Source: Marsupella aquatica (Eukaryota; Plantae; Marchantiophyta). Taken from it: a stretch of 64,000 bases of DNA. Location of the stretch: contig OZ316896.1 of NCBI GenBank assembly GCA_973895155.1, forward strand, positions 20,714,152-20,778,151, written 5' to 3'. The position numbers were made by a program, and so were the translations under genes. The notes beneath the pieces are model-generated. The model was not told the DNA's origin, searched no databases, and worked only from the letters and a program-made list of their open reading frames with translations. Positions 25,301-40,000 of the stretch are shown here, piece by piece. Every line of letters begins with the position of its first letter. Within the stretch, counting starts at the first letter, position 1.

Positions 25301-28300
25301 AGAATTTCCAGGCAGTAAGCTTGCAGGTGATCTATGAAATCTACATTTTAATTGGGATCTGGCATTGTGTCTGCAGAAAGAGCCTTCTTAAGGTCCCATC
25401 CTAAGTAAGAGGTTTACTTGCAGAACCAGCTCCAGTGGGGGGTTTAATGTGTTTGTGCAGCACTTGGAGTAGCGTAAGGATTATGTGAAAAGCAACAAAA
25501 AAGTGGGGGTTTCCCATGTTGCAAGCCAGTTGTACTCATGCTCAATCAAAGGAGCTTTACTTTCTTTTTCTTTTTAAATAAAATAGCTACAAACAAAGGG
25601 ATAAAAAGCGAGTTGCGCCCTTGCTTGTTATCAAAGTAGGTTCCCAGCTAGGCAGTTTACTTTTTTCTTTTTAGAAAGTAAATACAAACAAACAGTAACG
25701 TACAACTCAGTTGCACTCTTGCTCATTCAATCAAAGACGGTGTCACTTCCTTTCTTTTCTGACTATGTACAAGTTGATATCAAGCCAGTTGCACTGTTGC
25801 TCAATAAAAGGCGATTCACTTTTTGCTTTTTTAAATGACTACAAAGAAACAAAATTTTACAAGACTGGGCGGGAGGGTGCCATCTACTCCTTGGCTGTCC
25901 TAGTCTTGGTGCAAAATATTAGGGTCGTGCTGCATATTATTAAGAGTTTGACTTTGAGCTTTTTGTTGTTTTACACCTCTGGATATTTGGTGTCAAAGAG
26001 CTGGATGAAATCAAGTGGTGGGACCCTGTGCAAGAAAAAATAGCTTGCATGGTGAGCCGCAGTCGTGCACACTACTTTCTTGGTGGGTCAAGAGGTTTTT
26101 GTGCATTGCAGACCGTACTTATAACCAGCAGTAAGTTTGTTAGAAGAGGGAGAGCCCCAAATTATGTAGTCGGTGAAGCTCTTGACTGAAAAATTGAAAG
26201 TGTGCCCAAATATTGGCTGCCTCTACCTGGGCCTCTACCACAAAACATGTTTCCCTCCTAGCTCCTTTCACTTCTTTGGTTTTCAGCAGCATTTTGGGAG
26301 AGTACTTGATTCCAAGGAATAATTCCCACCTTTTGTTGGAAGAGGGCCTCATCTATGAATAACTATGTTTGTGGGCTAAAAAAGCACGTCATCAGTGATG
26401 TATAGGAAACAACTAAAGTTATTGAATAGCAGGAAGTTAGAGTGTAACTCCTCCGAATGAATATGTAGCTTTTTACCCAGAAATAGAGTAGAGTGCTACC
26501 CCACACCTCACAATAATAGCACTCTTGTTTGCAAACCATCTATTGCAAAAGTTTGCCTCAACAAGTAACTTATTGTCATGCATGGACCCACCAAGAAAAT
26601 TTCTCCAAAAAGCTGAATAATCTTTACTAAAGTAGCATTGACAATCCCAGGTTTTCTCTTTTCCCCTGGTGTGGCAAATGTCACCTTGTATGAAGCAAAA
26701 CATACTAGTAATCTTCGTGATCAAATTTAGTCCTTTCTGACAGTCAGGTCTCCCTGGAATTTTAAGTATATCTGCCTAGATTTAAAAATGACCATTAGAT
26801 CTGATCTGAATTTTAAGGATATATTTCTAGATTGAAGGATGACCATTACATTCTGAATAATGGGGTCTGGGGCTAGGTGGAAAAGTGGCGACTGAAATTG
26901 GAAATCAGAAAATCTGGCCAATTTTAGCTCAAAGCGGCGAGACTGTTTAGAGAGTGGAATCTAGAGAATTTTCGCCACTAAAAAACGGTGAATCACTGTC
27001 GTTTTTCTCCGCTTCAGTATGAATGTACAGATCCAGTCCGCGTCTGGGAGAAGCAGCACGCAGATCGATGGCAATGTCTGCGCCTTCTGAAACGTCGGCA
27101 AATCCTAAGAAGTGCTGATTCCCCATCATCCAAAGCGCACTGCCCCAAACGCCAAAGGAAGAAGCCAAAATTTCAGCATTATGTGGGATCCACAGCGTGA
27201 AGTAAGCTAGGGGAATGATCGTCACGGTAACAAAGAAACTGTCAACCCAACAACACAGAAAAATTATCATTCAACACGGCAACTGAAGGGAAAAAATCTG
27301 CGACAACCCCGACCAACAAATTCCGTATCACGTGGTGCTTCCCGTGAAGCCCCGCATGTTCATGTAAGTAGGCGCCAGCTATGATCAATCATTCATCCGC
27401 AAGAATCTTGTCTTGACCACCCCGACTACTGATTTCCTGGTAATTCATTCAACGCATATGCAGTGGGCGGGAACAATAGCAAGCGCACCCAGACAGGATT
27501 AGCGGGAAAAACACCGAAATTGAAAAGCTAAAATAAAGGACATAGTGAGAAAAGAGAAATAACTGGAGGCTGAGCTGGGCACAGATGTGTGCAGTGATGC
27601 TGGGATGGACAAACTAAACCGCCACAGTCACAACTTAAACATAAAGTCTTACTGTCATACCACTTTTTACATTTTGTTCCTAATTTGACATTTAAGCATG
27701 CAGTTGACGATAATAGAACGCTTCCGTCCAGGGAGCGCTGTGGTTCTCATTCAACTGAAGTAGTTGGGTTCCCTTTGTTGATTAGTGGATTATCTTTTAC
27801 ACTATCATAAAGGTTCTGGGAGTATAGTGACAGTGTAACTTAGTTCCTGTGACATCCAAGCTAGCTTCCACTTTGAGGAAAAAAAGTGTTAAATCTCGTT
27901 CAATCATTTCTTTTTCTTCTGGTGGACTAAAAACTCTTCTTGCAGTTGAGTGTAACTGCAACAATGAACGATGGACGTAACGTGTGGTGGCATGGAGACG
28001 AGATAACTTCTATCCCAGGCCGGGAAAGGCCAGACTGAGGTCTCACTTAAAATAATTCAAGGGACTTCGAATCCAGAACCGGTATGAATCTGATACTAAG
28101 AGTAGAATTGTAAACTAAGGACCGGGCTAAGGACTATCATATCATGGCGAGCGAAGAGAGCCGGCCAAGCTAGACACAGGATTGCAGTATATGTCATAGC
28201 GACAAGGCCAAATTCACAGAGACCGAGGCACGAAGCGAAGACAACATTTCCGTGTAATCATCAAGTGAGGGCACAGAAGTGCCTGTCAGTACGTACGTTA

Positions 28301-29939
28301 TTGCAAAAGCGAGACGAAGGGGATGGCGAACATCATTCACATTGCCAGTAAATTAAGCGTCTTCGAATCTTGGTCAATTTACGAATTCTGGCAACTTTGA
28401 GCAGACGAATTATGGTCCTCCAAACGTGGACCAGGAGAGAGTATGCGGAGGTAGAGCTAGAATTGCCCCAAGGTGAAACACCGAAGCGTTTCTGTAATTC
28501 CATGCATATGTCCAAATTTGAAACGGAAGAGGGATTCATGCTGTTTCGTTTCATGCCTGTGTCTGATGCGCACACAAGATTCATCTCTTGAGTTTTCATT
28601 GCTGTAAATTTCTTTGCTCATTACATATCTCTTACAATTTAATTTTTTATAATCAGTGAAGCCAAGGGAAAACTGGAAAGCCCTATATATCCTGGAAAGG
28701 GAATACTAACTCTTGCTGTTCAAATGCTAGTTTCTCGTCATCACACTTCAGAGCATATCAACATCGACATGTACGATGGTACCTTTACTATAGACCGGTG
28801 AGGGTTTTCATTTTGAGACTGGAGGATTGCCAATGCTCATCAAAATTTTGCAGGTCCACATTAGTCGTTCACCAATGAATAGAAGCATTTAACTCTCAAC
28901 AAACAAATTATACTTAATTCCACAGCTCTTACTTTCTTAAAGGTATCCTTCTTTTCGGCAAACTTCACCTTGCTCAGTTTCTACGTCTATCTGCCAGGCA
29001 GAAGAAGATTTGCTGAGCTGATGATATACACAAATTAAGGCTTATACACCATCGAAGGCCAACAGGCAGAGTCCGTATGTCGAAACGCTTGCTCGCAGGA
29101 AGCCAGTTTCCTTCTAGTAACATTTCAAATCGCTATCCATTAGTGTTAAGACTCATTTGTCAATAATTAAAATCCAGACAAGACGTAGACCATTCCTTCA
29201 CAGTTTGCATTCGTGCTGGAAACCACAACAAAATAATTGAGTGGTGAGAAACCAGCCAGGAAGGACAGGACACATGTGAGTTCCAAGAGGGTTGTATTCA
29301 TTGAATCTCGGGCTAATTGGCAAAGAAAGGAGATCCATGGAAATCAGGCTATTGAGATGATGATACAGGGAATAAGAATAGTGTCCGTATATTTCCTGAT
29401 TGAGCTGTCCTGGCCAGGAGTGATTACTCACCCTCGTTTGCTTTCAAGGAGCTCTTTGTACGTGTTTCTGAATGTAGAGTATGCATCCATGCAGGAGACT
29501 CGATGCAAGTGACAGTGTGCGATGACTTAATTTGCTTGGCCGAGTGCCACGGATGCTTAGAGATTACCAAACTACCCATCAAGTTTGACTCATGGAAATC
29601 AATGGAATGCTTGTGATGTAGAGCATAATTATGTTACGGAACTCGATGGAACGCTTGTGATGTCGAGCATAATTATGTCCACTCACTCAGGTTAAACAAC
29701 TTCAAACATACAGCAGTTGATGCATAATCTTATTTTTGTCCTGATTGGAAATCGGGCAAATCGTCAGAACACACTATTATTTACAATACATAATGCATGT
29801 CCAGGTTAGATGTAACTCAAATATAATATAGATTTTAGTTCAGGTAGATACCCGGCCTGTTTGGTTGAGGACCAGATGGAACTCTGATAGACGGCACGGG
29901 GTGTAACAGCATGTTGAGGGGACCTACCAAAATGAGCCA

Positions 29940-30290
29940 GATAATTTATCCCCTCAGACTTAAACCCACCACTAGCCATGACAAAAACCTATTTATACCA
30001 GGTTTCACCATAAATATTATCATTTATTGCATTTGTCAGACTTAAACCACCACTAGCCATGACAAAAACCTGTTTACACCAGGTTTCATTATAAATATTA
30101 TCATTTACTGAATTTGTGGAGCCATGTAGAAACGGAGAGGAGAAGAATGAGATGATTATTTATCCCTTCAGACTTAAATTAGCCACCACTACCCATGACA
30201 AAAACCTGGTTATACTTGGTTTCACCATTTAAACAGTATCATTTCCGGGATTTGTGGAGCAATATAGAAACAGGAGAGGAGAAGAATGAG
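29940..30290. repeat. Tandem repeat with an ~80-bp core, 3 copies
   Basis: TCAGACTTAAA..CCACCACTA(G/C)CCATGACAAAAACCT...GGTTTCA...TATCATTT at ~29953, ~30036 and ~30168. Confidence 0.9.
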
Positions 30291-33200
30291 AGCAAAGTCA
30301 AAAAGAGAGAAATATTGGATACTTCCATCTTTTATATGGCTATTGGCGGTTTAAGGTTTAAGTAACTTAAAACCGCCACTGTCCCCAAGCAAAACAGGTG
30401 GATCCAGATCAATTACCAAAATTAGTCAATAATGTTCCTAAGTAAGACAAAAGAAAAAGTCTATTCCATTTTGTACTTCCCAAACCTGGGGGATAGTTGT
30501 GAGGGGATCAGTGTTCCCCAACACCAGTATTATCCATAGCAGGACAATAATTATGGGTACATAAACCAATTTGCTTTAGCTCAATTTTGTGGGGTAAACC
30601 TTAAGAGTTGTAAATTGTTGTCTTGTTGCTTCTTAAGAATAATACCCATAAATATTTCAAAGAAATTCCAATTGAATAGAAAATTCAAACAATTTACCAG
30701 AAAGCATATATTGGGATATCAATCACAATCCACCTAAAGGTTATTACCCTTGTTTACCCATTTCTTATTCCCATTTCTTTGCTAATTTTTCAATTTTTCA
30801 TTTTTTTTTACAATGATGGGGTATAATTGTTTCTTTTTGTCTTGCTTCAAACACAAATAGTCACGTTGCTTTGGTTTTTCTCGCATAAATAAATCTTCTT
30901 GTTTGTGACCAATAGTGGTGAGGTAGTTCCACTTGCTTCCAGGGATTTGGAACAATCTTCCATTGGGGGTCCACAACAAGTTAAGGACTGGTCTACAAGC
31001 AAAAGTTGGTGATCTCTTAGTTCCACTTCACTGATACCAAGAAACCTCAAATTCGAGAACACCATAAATTCAGTCCTTTTATTGCAGTTTTTGTTAATCA
31101 ATCTAATAATTAAATATTAACTAAATCCTCCTTCCACATGATTGTGCTTGGACTCTATGACGCAGGACTTCCTTTCATCACTTGCATTTCCTTGCCTCTC
31201 CTTGACATCTTTGCCTTGTCTCAATATGATCTGTGCAACACACTGGCGTTGGGCTTGTGTATCATGCCATAATATTGAAAGTCAGGTAAGTGCAAGACTT
31301 CAGTTCAATTTGCAATTGAATTTGAATTATTGAAATTCTGCATTTTCCTATGTAACTAGTATGATCTTGCTCATGAATTAGCTTTGCCACACCAATTTGG
31401 CTAGCCCAATGCCTGTACATTGCTTAGTTCTTGTTGCAGCCATGTCATTTTGGTTGGGCTGTCATCGCGAACAGGCGGACATGGTGTCACACAGAAAGTG
31501 TGTTGTTGTGGAAAGTGTGTCATTGTGGAGAGTTTGTCCTTGTCAAACGTGTGGGGAACACTGTTATCCTTGTGAAATGTGTTGTCCTTGTGTAAATGTA
31601 GTTATGGTTGCACAAAATCCATGTTGTCATATCCTGCAGCTGGTTGCAAGATGTAATTAAGGGTTATCAAATGATGTGGATGACACCAAGCTGAAAGCAG
31701 AGGGGAACGAAGGTATAAATGGGTAGGGAGAGTTGGGACAAGAGCTCCTGCAAGAGTTGGAGCAAGAGCCAGGGTGATTTAGATGCAGGGCCAGGTCAGG
31801 TGAAGGTGTCAGGTACTAGAAAAATCTTTGATTAACCCCCTTTCAGGTTTGAAAAATCAGGTGCAAGGTGTTGTTGATGTGGGGTAAAGTTGCTCGAAAC
31901 AAAAGATTCTGTGAAGAAAAATTAATTCGCCCCACCCCTGACAGGGAAAAAGGAAACTTCCACCACCTCAAAAATAGAAGGCTTGGTGGGAAAGGGGTGC
32001 CAAGGATTCACCTTGGCCCCATGAGTTCACCCCAATTGCAAACGACAAGTGAAAACCAGAAATACTCTTTCCCTCCAACACAATTAAAAACAAAGAAGAA
32101 AATGGAGAGTGGAGAAAATAAATTATCAGATATTTCAACTCTGTCAAAACGAAACACGTTCTGGGTTATGAAAATACCAGTAGAGACCACCGAAAATGAA
32201 AAAACTGCATCGAAAATGAATAGACTGTTTTCAATTGTTGATCTGCGATGCTATGGCCCAATAACATTCCCAAAGTCACATAATCTAGAAAGCCCCCAAA
32301 TCCAACCTCCCCACAAAGTAGTGGTCAACAGGCTTCAGTGCTGCCAGATCCACACCAGCAATTACCACCTAACACTTCAAACATAAGACTGCAAACTTTT
32401 TAAGTTCTTTCCCATGGCACACCTGCTCTAAGTTTTTGCACTCCCTCATCTCCAAAGTGTTGGAAGATCAGCAGCCCTTAATTAATTAGGCAGATCCATA
32501 TGTTGGCTGTGGCGAATTCTTTGAGAACATGCACATGTACAAGTTCGTGACCCTGAAAGCGGACTTAATCATTGAAACAGCATGCGTATCCATTTAGGAA
32601 GCGTTCTCAGATCACCTTGTTCAGTTGCATGCATGATCAATGAGAAGAAAAACGTACAATCTCGATGACTTCAAAGATTAATTGTTTCAAGACCATAGCA
32701 TTCTTCAAATATGACAGGTCCAATACCTTGCACAAGAATGCATCCTGCGTGAACTCAAGAGGCTTGACCTTTCATTCGCACTCAATCAAGCCTTTACCTC
32801 CATGAGCCATCGGCCGAGATTGAGATCGAGAAAGAATCCTTCTCTAGCATTTTACAAGCTCTCCATCCTTGGGACTGGCATTCTGAAGCATCTTTACTGG
32901 GTTCAAACCAACCCCTGTGCAACTTTGCTGTCTTATATGCGAATATGTCATGGAATCGTGAGAAGCAGTAGATGGAATACGAGCATGTGCTGGATAGAAG
33001 GGCCTCATCGGTGATATCGTGGCGTTGATAGCTACGACATGATGCAAGAGACGAGGGAAAACTAAGGTTCACGTAATTGAAAAAGTTTAGCTAGGCCTTG
33101 GTGCCCCTCACCTCGAGACTCGGTCTCTGTTGTGCCTGTACGACATACAGGGATTTGCTACTCTCCTCACCGTTACCTCCACGCATATTATTAAATAGTC

Positions 33201-34072
33201 AGGGTTAACACATGTTACTTCAACGCTCTGGCAGTTGGATTTCATCTCATGAAGAAATTGAATTGCTTGACTTGAGTACATGCAAGCATCGTCTGCTTGC
33301 CTTCCAAGATGATTTAGTTAACTCACTCGGAAACCAGACACAATTCAGAGACTGCAGATTCCAACCGCAACTAGTTTCCTCCTGTCCAGCCAGAAATCAC
33401 TGATGTTGAATAGTGATATTGAAAACCTGGATTTGCAAAATGCACAACAGGTCAAACAATCAGCAATCTTCATTCCAACAATTACCTCTCCTCAGACCCA
33501 TCAAGTCCATTTTAACATAAACCTTTCCTCTAATGTCTTCTGTCATCTAATTGACATTCCAAAGGTCGTAGCATACATTAAACTTCCATTGAGCACACTT
33601 ACTTTTGGACGTATCATACTAACTTCTATATAGAAAAGGGTAACAAGAAGTTCCTGATTATACCATTTGGGAACCATGCCTAGCAAAACATTACAAAGCA
33701 AGTGACGGCGATTACTAGGAGAGAGATTTATACCCTGCTGACAAAATTAACTACCTGAAAGGTGCTCATCTCAAAGCCCATTGCACGAGGTGTTGTGGAG
33801 ATCTGAGTACTGACGTTTTCTCCAAACCAATCCTAGAGACAGAAATTTGACGCACGAGATTAGGAATTAGGATGATAGAAAAGCGGGAAATCAAAGTGAA
33901 AATTTTGCAGACACCACAAACGATTAATTTCGTATGCAAATTTTCAAAAAATTAGCGAAAAGTTTAAGCGGAAGTGATAATAGCTTTGCAATGATACCAT
34001 TCACTTGCGGCCCAGCCAATAGCTGCATGCCTCCCAGCCAATGGATAGGCGAGTGTCTGCAGGTGTCATAGC

Positions 34073-37000
34073 TCACTTGGCCTTCCCTTTTGTATAGTTC
34101 TGAAGATACTGATCTGCAAGTTTTCTCACTTTACTGCCTTCCGTGATGAGAAACTCTGCAGAGGTTGCATTTTCATGGTGCTCCATCACTTTTGTTGCAG
34201 TCTTGGAGACTGCGTACCGGAACTGATCTGAATTTATAACCCCGCTCCTGTATAGGGGTTTCAGGTGTTGATTTACATAAATCTCCACCTGCAAGAAATC
34301 GATTTCAATAAAGACTATAAGCTTCGATGGCGTTGGTAGCAATCAAGGTCCTTCAAAGTAACAATTCCCGGCAAGGCTCTTCTGGCCTCCTTCTTGGTTG
34401 ATAAACTTGTTGCTTTAAGTGCTCTTTACAATGGACGAAGTACTCTGCACAAGGCCATCTGAAGCCATGATCTGATTGATCGAAATTTTGAATAGAAGTT
34501 CAGATAATCTAAGAATTGGAAAAATAAAAGGATCGGATCGAAATAACAAGTCTCACTCCTATGCTTAAAATCAAGGTAAGAGCCTCTGCTCTCCAGAATA
34601 ACTTTTTTGGTCCCCACCAAAAATTTTGGTCCAGAATCAGCAAGTGAAATATAACAAATAAACTAGCGATCACGGCAGGGTTTTGTGATGCTGTAGAGAC
34701 TTTTGAAACCTCAATCGCCCGGTGAAGGACACATTCACACATTGCTAAGAGAGGAGAACAACGATTTACCTGCTTTTGTACAGACTGCTGTGGGTTATGC
34801 AACTCATTCTGTGTTGCAAGTTCAATATTGGAACGTTTCGAATTCCACGGTACATCGATTTCTTTATTTACCGAAGGTGACGTATTTTGGCGTATATTCT
34901 CAATTCGTCGATCAAGATCTGCAAACTTGCCAGAGTTCATCCAGTCATCCATATTTTGAATGACAGGCGGAGTTGGAGATTGGGATTTTTTGAGATCCGA
35001 AAGATTTTGGATATCTTTCTCCCCCGCTTCAGCTATCCCGCCACATGATATCAGGTCCTGATTTGGTACACTAGCAGATGGGCACACTTTTGAAGGAGAT
35101 GAAATTGCTGAGTGACTCTTTGGACTAGTATCAGTAGTATTCGGAACAGCAGTCAACCTACCGTCCAGTCCACCGTTCAAGCCATCACCACCAGTCGGAG
35201 GCCGCGCTTGACATGAGACTTCGGGGGTTGGCAGGAGATCAAGCGTCATACCACCATCTTGTGACATTTCCTTCACCCGTGGCGTTTCCAAGAGGGTCAC
35301 TTCTGGAGCAGGTTCTGGAGCAGCATTTGATGGGGTTGACAGCACAATGGTCATTTTATTCGTTCTACTGTCTGAATTCTGGATCTCTGTGGCAGCCCCA
35401 GGCTTTGAGCTCAGTAAATTTTCTGGTACAATTAAATCTTCTAGGTTAGTGTCTGGGTTAAACTCTAAGTCGCCGTAGATGTCAGGGTTGCCCATTTCCA
35501 GAATATCATCAGCCCACTTCTCCTCGTGTGAACTTTTTTGTTTATCACCCAAATCCTTGCTAGATACCTTAGCTTCTTTGCTACTCGAAGCTGGACTACC
35601 ATCATCCCTGCCATGGGAGGGACTGGCTAATGGTGACTCTAGCAATCCAGTTGCTTCCAGAGCCTTCTGTATTGCCTCACTATGATCCATCTCTGGTTCC
35701 TGCTGTACCTTTCCTGCAATGTCAGGTTGAGCCAAAGATCTGACACAAAGGTTGACATAAACGCCTTTACTGTTCGACTTTTTGTACAACTCCTCCTCTC
35801 TAGCCTTTGCACGATTGACAGCCTCCTCACATGCAGATCTATTTTGAATGACCGCTAATTTCATATTCCTCAACTCCTGTTCTAAAAAGCGATTGAGTTG
35901 TACCTGCAAAGGGAATCACAATTCAGCAATCACTTCACTGGAGGCAAGGCGAGAAGGCAGTCTTGACGGGGAACTTCGAAACCATTGCAATTTTTTGACT
36001 TAGACTTCAACTAAAGTTCGAGGCAAAGTCGTACGTTAATGAGACCAAGTGAAGGACCTTCACACAAATGCACAGAATATCGAACGGAAGAAGTAAACTT
36101 CTTTTCGTAACGTGGCATCCTACTTCTGGGCAAACATTGCAGCGGAATAAACTGCTTTAGCGATTTCAAATTCAGCATAAATCTGAAATATAACAATCCT
36201 ATGAAATACTACAATTTGAAGAATTGACATCCATTGACTAAAGGATTAGAACAGAACCTGCCGCACTGCAGTTGGTACTTTGCTCTTGCGATTGTGTTGC
36301 AATAAGGGTCTCATATCAATTGGTAGCTGTAGCTGTACCTCACAAGAATAAACATGAATGCAATTAAATGTCTGAATTAAGTGAATTATCAGCACAATTT
36401 TCCATATGAAATAAATAAGCAGGCCAGCTAACTGACTTTCAAAACAGGCATCACACTGTTCCGTCACCAATCGGACAACACATGACACGGACGGCCCTTG
36501 CTGAAAAGGGAACGTTTTGTGGAATCAGCACTTTGAAGTCCGAAGATTACCAGAAGAGCGAATTTGCCTTCTCCGTTGTCTGGACCACCTCTTGCCTTTG
36601 CAGATCCCGGGGTGTTTGATGAGCTGCCTGTCTTTCTTGCCAACACTTCAAGGGCCCACTGTCGCTTGTCTTTCTTCACATCAGCTTTTGCCAACTCAGC
36701 TGGTGGTGTAACGGATGTTGCTGACAACTGAGGCTGCAGAAATCCAGACTTTGTTGACATTTTGGGAGAGGAACCGGACTTGCCTCCCAAGCTTGAATTT
36801 GTTATTCCATTCACACCACCAATAATACCCTTACAATAAACAGACCCATCTTTTGGAGCGGCCTGTGTACCGCTAGACTTCTCTGTTAGCTGAGAAGTAG
36901 TGGTGGATGTACTTCTGTTTCCTCGACCTTCAGGCAGCCCTGGACTCAAAGCAGTCTTGTTTGCAACATTCCCCTGTACACAGTCTTTATCATGAGATGG

Positions 37001-40000
37001 TTCGGGGGCCTTCACTGCTCTTGTCCCACCACCCTCTGCTAAGCCTTTCACCTTTTCAGAAAGCAGCGGCACATCATCATTTCGGGGAAACAGTGATGTG
37101 TCAGCAACGTAGATTCTGCTGAAGATTGAGTCTTCCTCTTCAGGTTGGTCTTTATCTCCTATAGCATGTTTTCCAATAATCTCATCCTCTGCCTCCTTCT
37201 GTGCTGTTCGAAAGTGAGCCGACCGTTCCTTCCAAAAGGCAATGTCCCAATCTCGATCGTAGCGACCAGTGCCCCCTGCATAAAGCTTTCTAGTTAAGCT
37301 GTCCCGTGAACCCTTACTGTTTCGATTCAATACTTTGTCTAACCACAAAGATTTTCCTCGCTTAGAAGGAGTTGTCTTTGTCTCCTTATTTTTTTCAAGA
37401 CTAGAGAGCATTGCCGACTTGAATGCTGCAAGAAATCTGTCGTCAGATACTTCAACTTTGCTCAAATCCTCTCCTCCAGTATAACCAGCGGTGGCTTTCA
37501 TTTGTTGCTTGATACGGTCCACAAGGCCAGAGCCCACGGTATCCTTAGCGTCATTTTCACGATGCATTATAATCCTGGTCCTAACTCCCTTCTGATTGCT
37601 TGATCTCTCACCAGTGTCTCTTACGGATTGATTACGAGAATCCCTGACAACATCCATAACATCAACATGTAGTTTTGTATCCTCTTCCGGAGTTTTCTCC
37701 CTAAGGGCCTGGTTCACATAATCGCGATAATCCTCATCAATCTGATCCATAGCAGCCTCCTCTGCGGGGATCTCTTTGCATTCATCTTTGATAACAACAG
37801 CACTGCCTAAACCTTTACCCTGAATGGTATCTGCTTTATCGCCAGCATTTCCCTCTTCGAGAATTATTTCAGAAGAATCTTTGACAACAGTTGAATTTCT
37901 GCCTTCCAAAGCATCACTTCTCGCGGTGGACTTCCGAGCAACCTTGCGTGGCGGTTCAGGAAGGTCTTTATAATCAATCCGTCTCCTAATTTCACAATAA
38001 CCAACAACCAAAATAAATACCGTCAGCAAGTGCATTTCAGAGTCAAATCAAAATAAGAGGGCAACTACAACTATTTATAAAGTATTGCTGGGTAAACTGT
38101 ATCAAACTTACTCATCTTCTAGCATGGTTTTCCGCTTTCCCTTTTTGAGCTGCTCCGCTGCAGTATGAGGACTGTCACCGTCAATCATCTTCTCGTCCTT
38201 CTTCATATCCACTGGACTGGCGAAACCCGCTGAATTTTTTAAGGGAATAGGTTTAGGAGCAACTTGAGTGCGTGAATCCATCTCCACGCTAGTAACGTTA
38301 GAACCTCTGGCTGTAGTAAGCCGTTTGGAGACATCGAGTCCAGGAGCAGTAGCTGCATATGCACCAGAGGTGGAGACTTCAGGGATGACTTTATCATGAA
38401 TCATGGAGTCACTTGAGGCAACACTCTTTCCAGGACCCACTGGTGCACTCATTGCGACCTCTTTGAAAATGCTGGCTGAAGCTCTCTCTGACTCTGGGGT
38501 GGGCGACCAGAGTCGCTCGTTATTTTCATCTTGATTTAGAGGATCTGGCGTAGGTGACCACAGCTCGTAATTTTGAGATATATTCAAAGGTTCCCGAATA
38601 GGTGACCATATTGGACCATAACTCTGGCATGAATTGACAGGATCCCGAATAGGGGACCACATCACCTCCTTTCTCTCTTGACGTGTAGTAGGGGCAGGTG
38701 GAGCATTCGCCTGAACAGGAATACGGCGCATTGAAAGTGAGACGGCAGATTCTCCCTCCTCCGCAACAGCAATCGCCACCGAAGCACTTCCAAGTACAGA
38801 CCCACCGCCATAGGAAAGCTCTTTGTCTGCCGGCAACGACCCTACCAATGAGGATGCTCTTGCTTCAGATGATATCCGGGTCCCTGACTCTCCGTTTTGA
38901 TAAGAGTTTCTTGGTTTCTCTTGTGATGCAATACACCTGGAAAAAAAAAAAGACAAAATGAACAACCGCTAAAGGTGGAAAAAAATGACCAGCATGTTAG
39001 ACTTCAGAGGGTTGTACACGTTCAAGGAACAATGAAGAAGCTCTCTAGTGAGTTTGGTTTCTAGATTAGCGAACTGTAAAAACAACAGACTGGGGGTGCT
39101 CGAAGGGAATTTCAGCATTCTAGGCAATGCTCGACATGATTTGAAATTGGTTAATTAAGCAAAACCCTACCCAACCTGGACTATACATAACACGACACCA
39201 AAACTTGAAGTCCTTAAACAAAATATCCACACGCACATCACTTCTAAGAATATCTAAGTCCTGAAGATCGTCAAGCGAACAGGTACAGCGCAGATAAATA
39301 CCTCGGACAATAGAAGGATGATTGTTCTGGGTCAAAGTCTACACATCCCGCATGATACCTGCCCAATCCAGGTCCACGGCAGAGCAAGTCAAAACTTTCT
39401 CTCACAATCATCACACGATATGTATGCCTAAACAAAGATTTACTTCCCCAGGGTCAAAGGTCATATTAGGCTCTAACGTTATTAGAAAGACTACAGTGTT
39501 CACAAAATAGGTTGACCAAACACATTGACAGGGAAGAACTTAGGTCAGTGAATTTTCTTTGCTTTTAGTTAAAAAAATTCGATGCACACTGTACAACTCG
39601 ATGACCGAAACCCAAAAAGAAATCCAGAAGAGCCCAATTTCTTCACTATCATATGTCCTATGCTCATACAATTTCTGCAGTAGAAGTTTGAGATGTCTGA
39701 CATAGGAAAATTATTGTTTCTTAGTCCTAGACAATATTCATATGAAAAATCTATTGGCCTCTTGGGATTCCTTGCTATGGCAGTTTACATGCCGAATGCC
39801 GATCAAACAAAACTGGCTTAATGACTTCTGTCCACGGACACAAGAGGAAGCTAGAGTCCTAACCAGCAATCACAAAGGTCGCATGCTACAGAAGTATCTG
39901 CTGCAAGGGCGCCTTCAATTTCTACAGAAGGCAGCCCAGCCCGAACACGACAAGAATCTCCTTCCAAGCATACAACAGCCTGCAGTATGATGTCAAACGT

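Noticed and set aside
25840-26724. Minus-strand ORF fragments with scattered stops
   Set aside because: No motif recognised, and I cannot distinguish them from random or ancient TE debris.
31397-31660. Cys-rich 87-aa ORF (metallothionein- or defensin-like)
   Set aside because: It has a TTG start, and the Cys codons come from a degenerate TGT-rich repeat with no proper Cys spacing.
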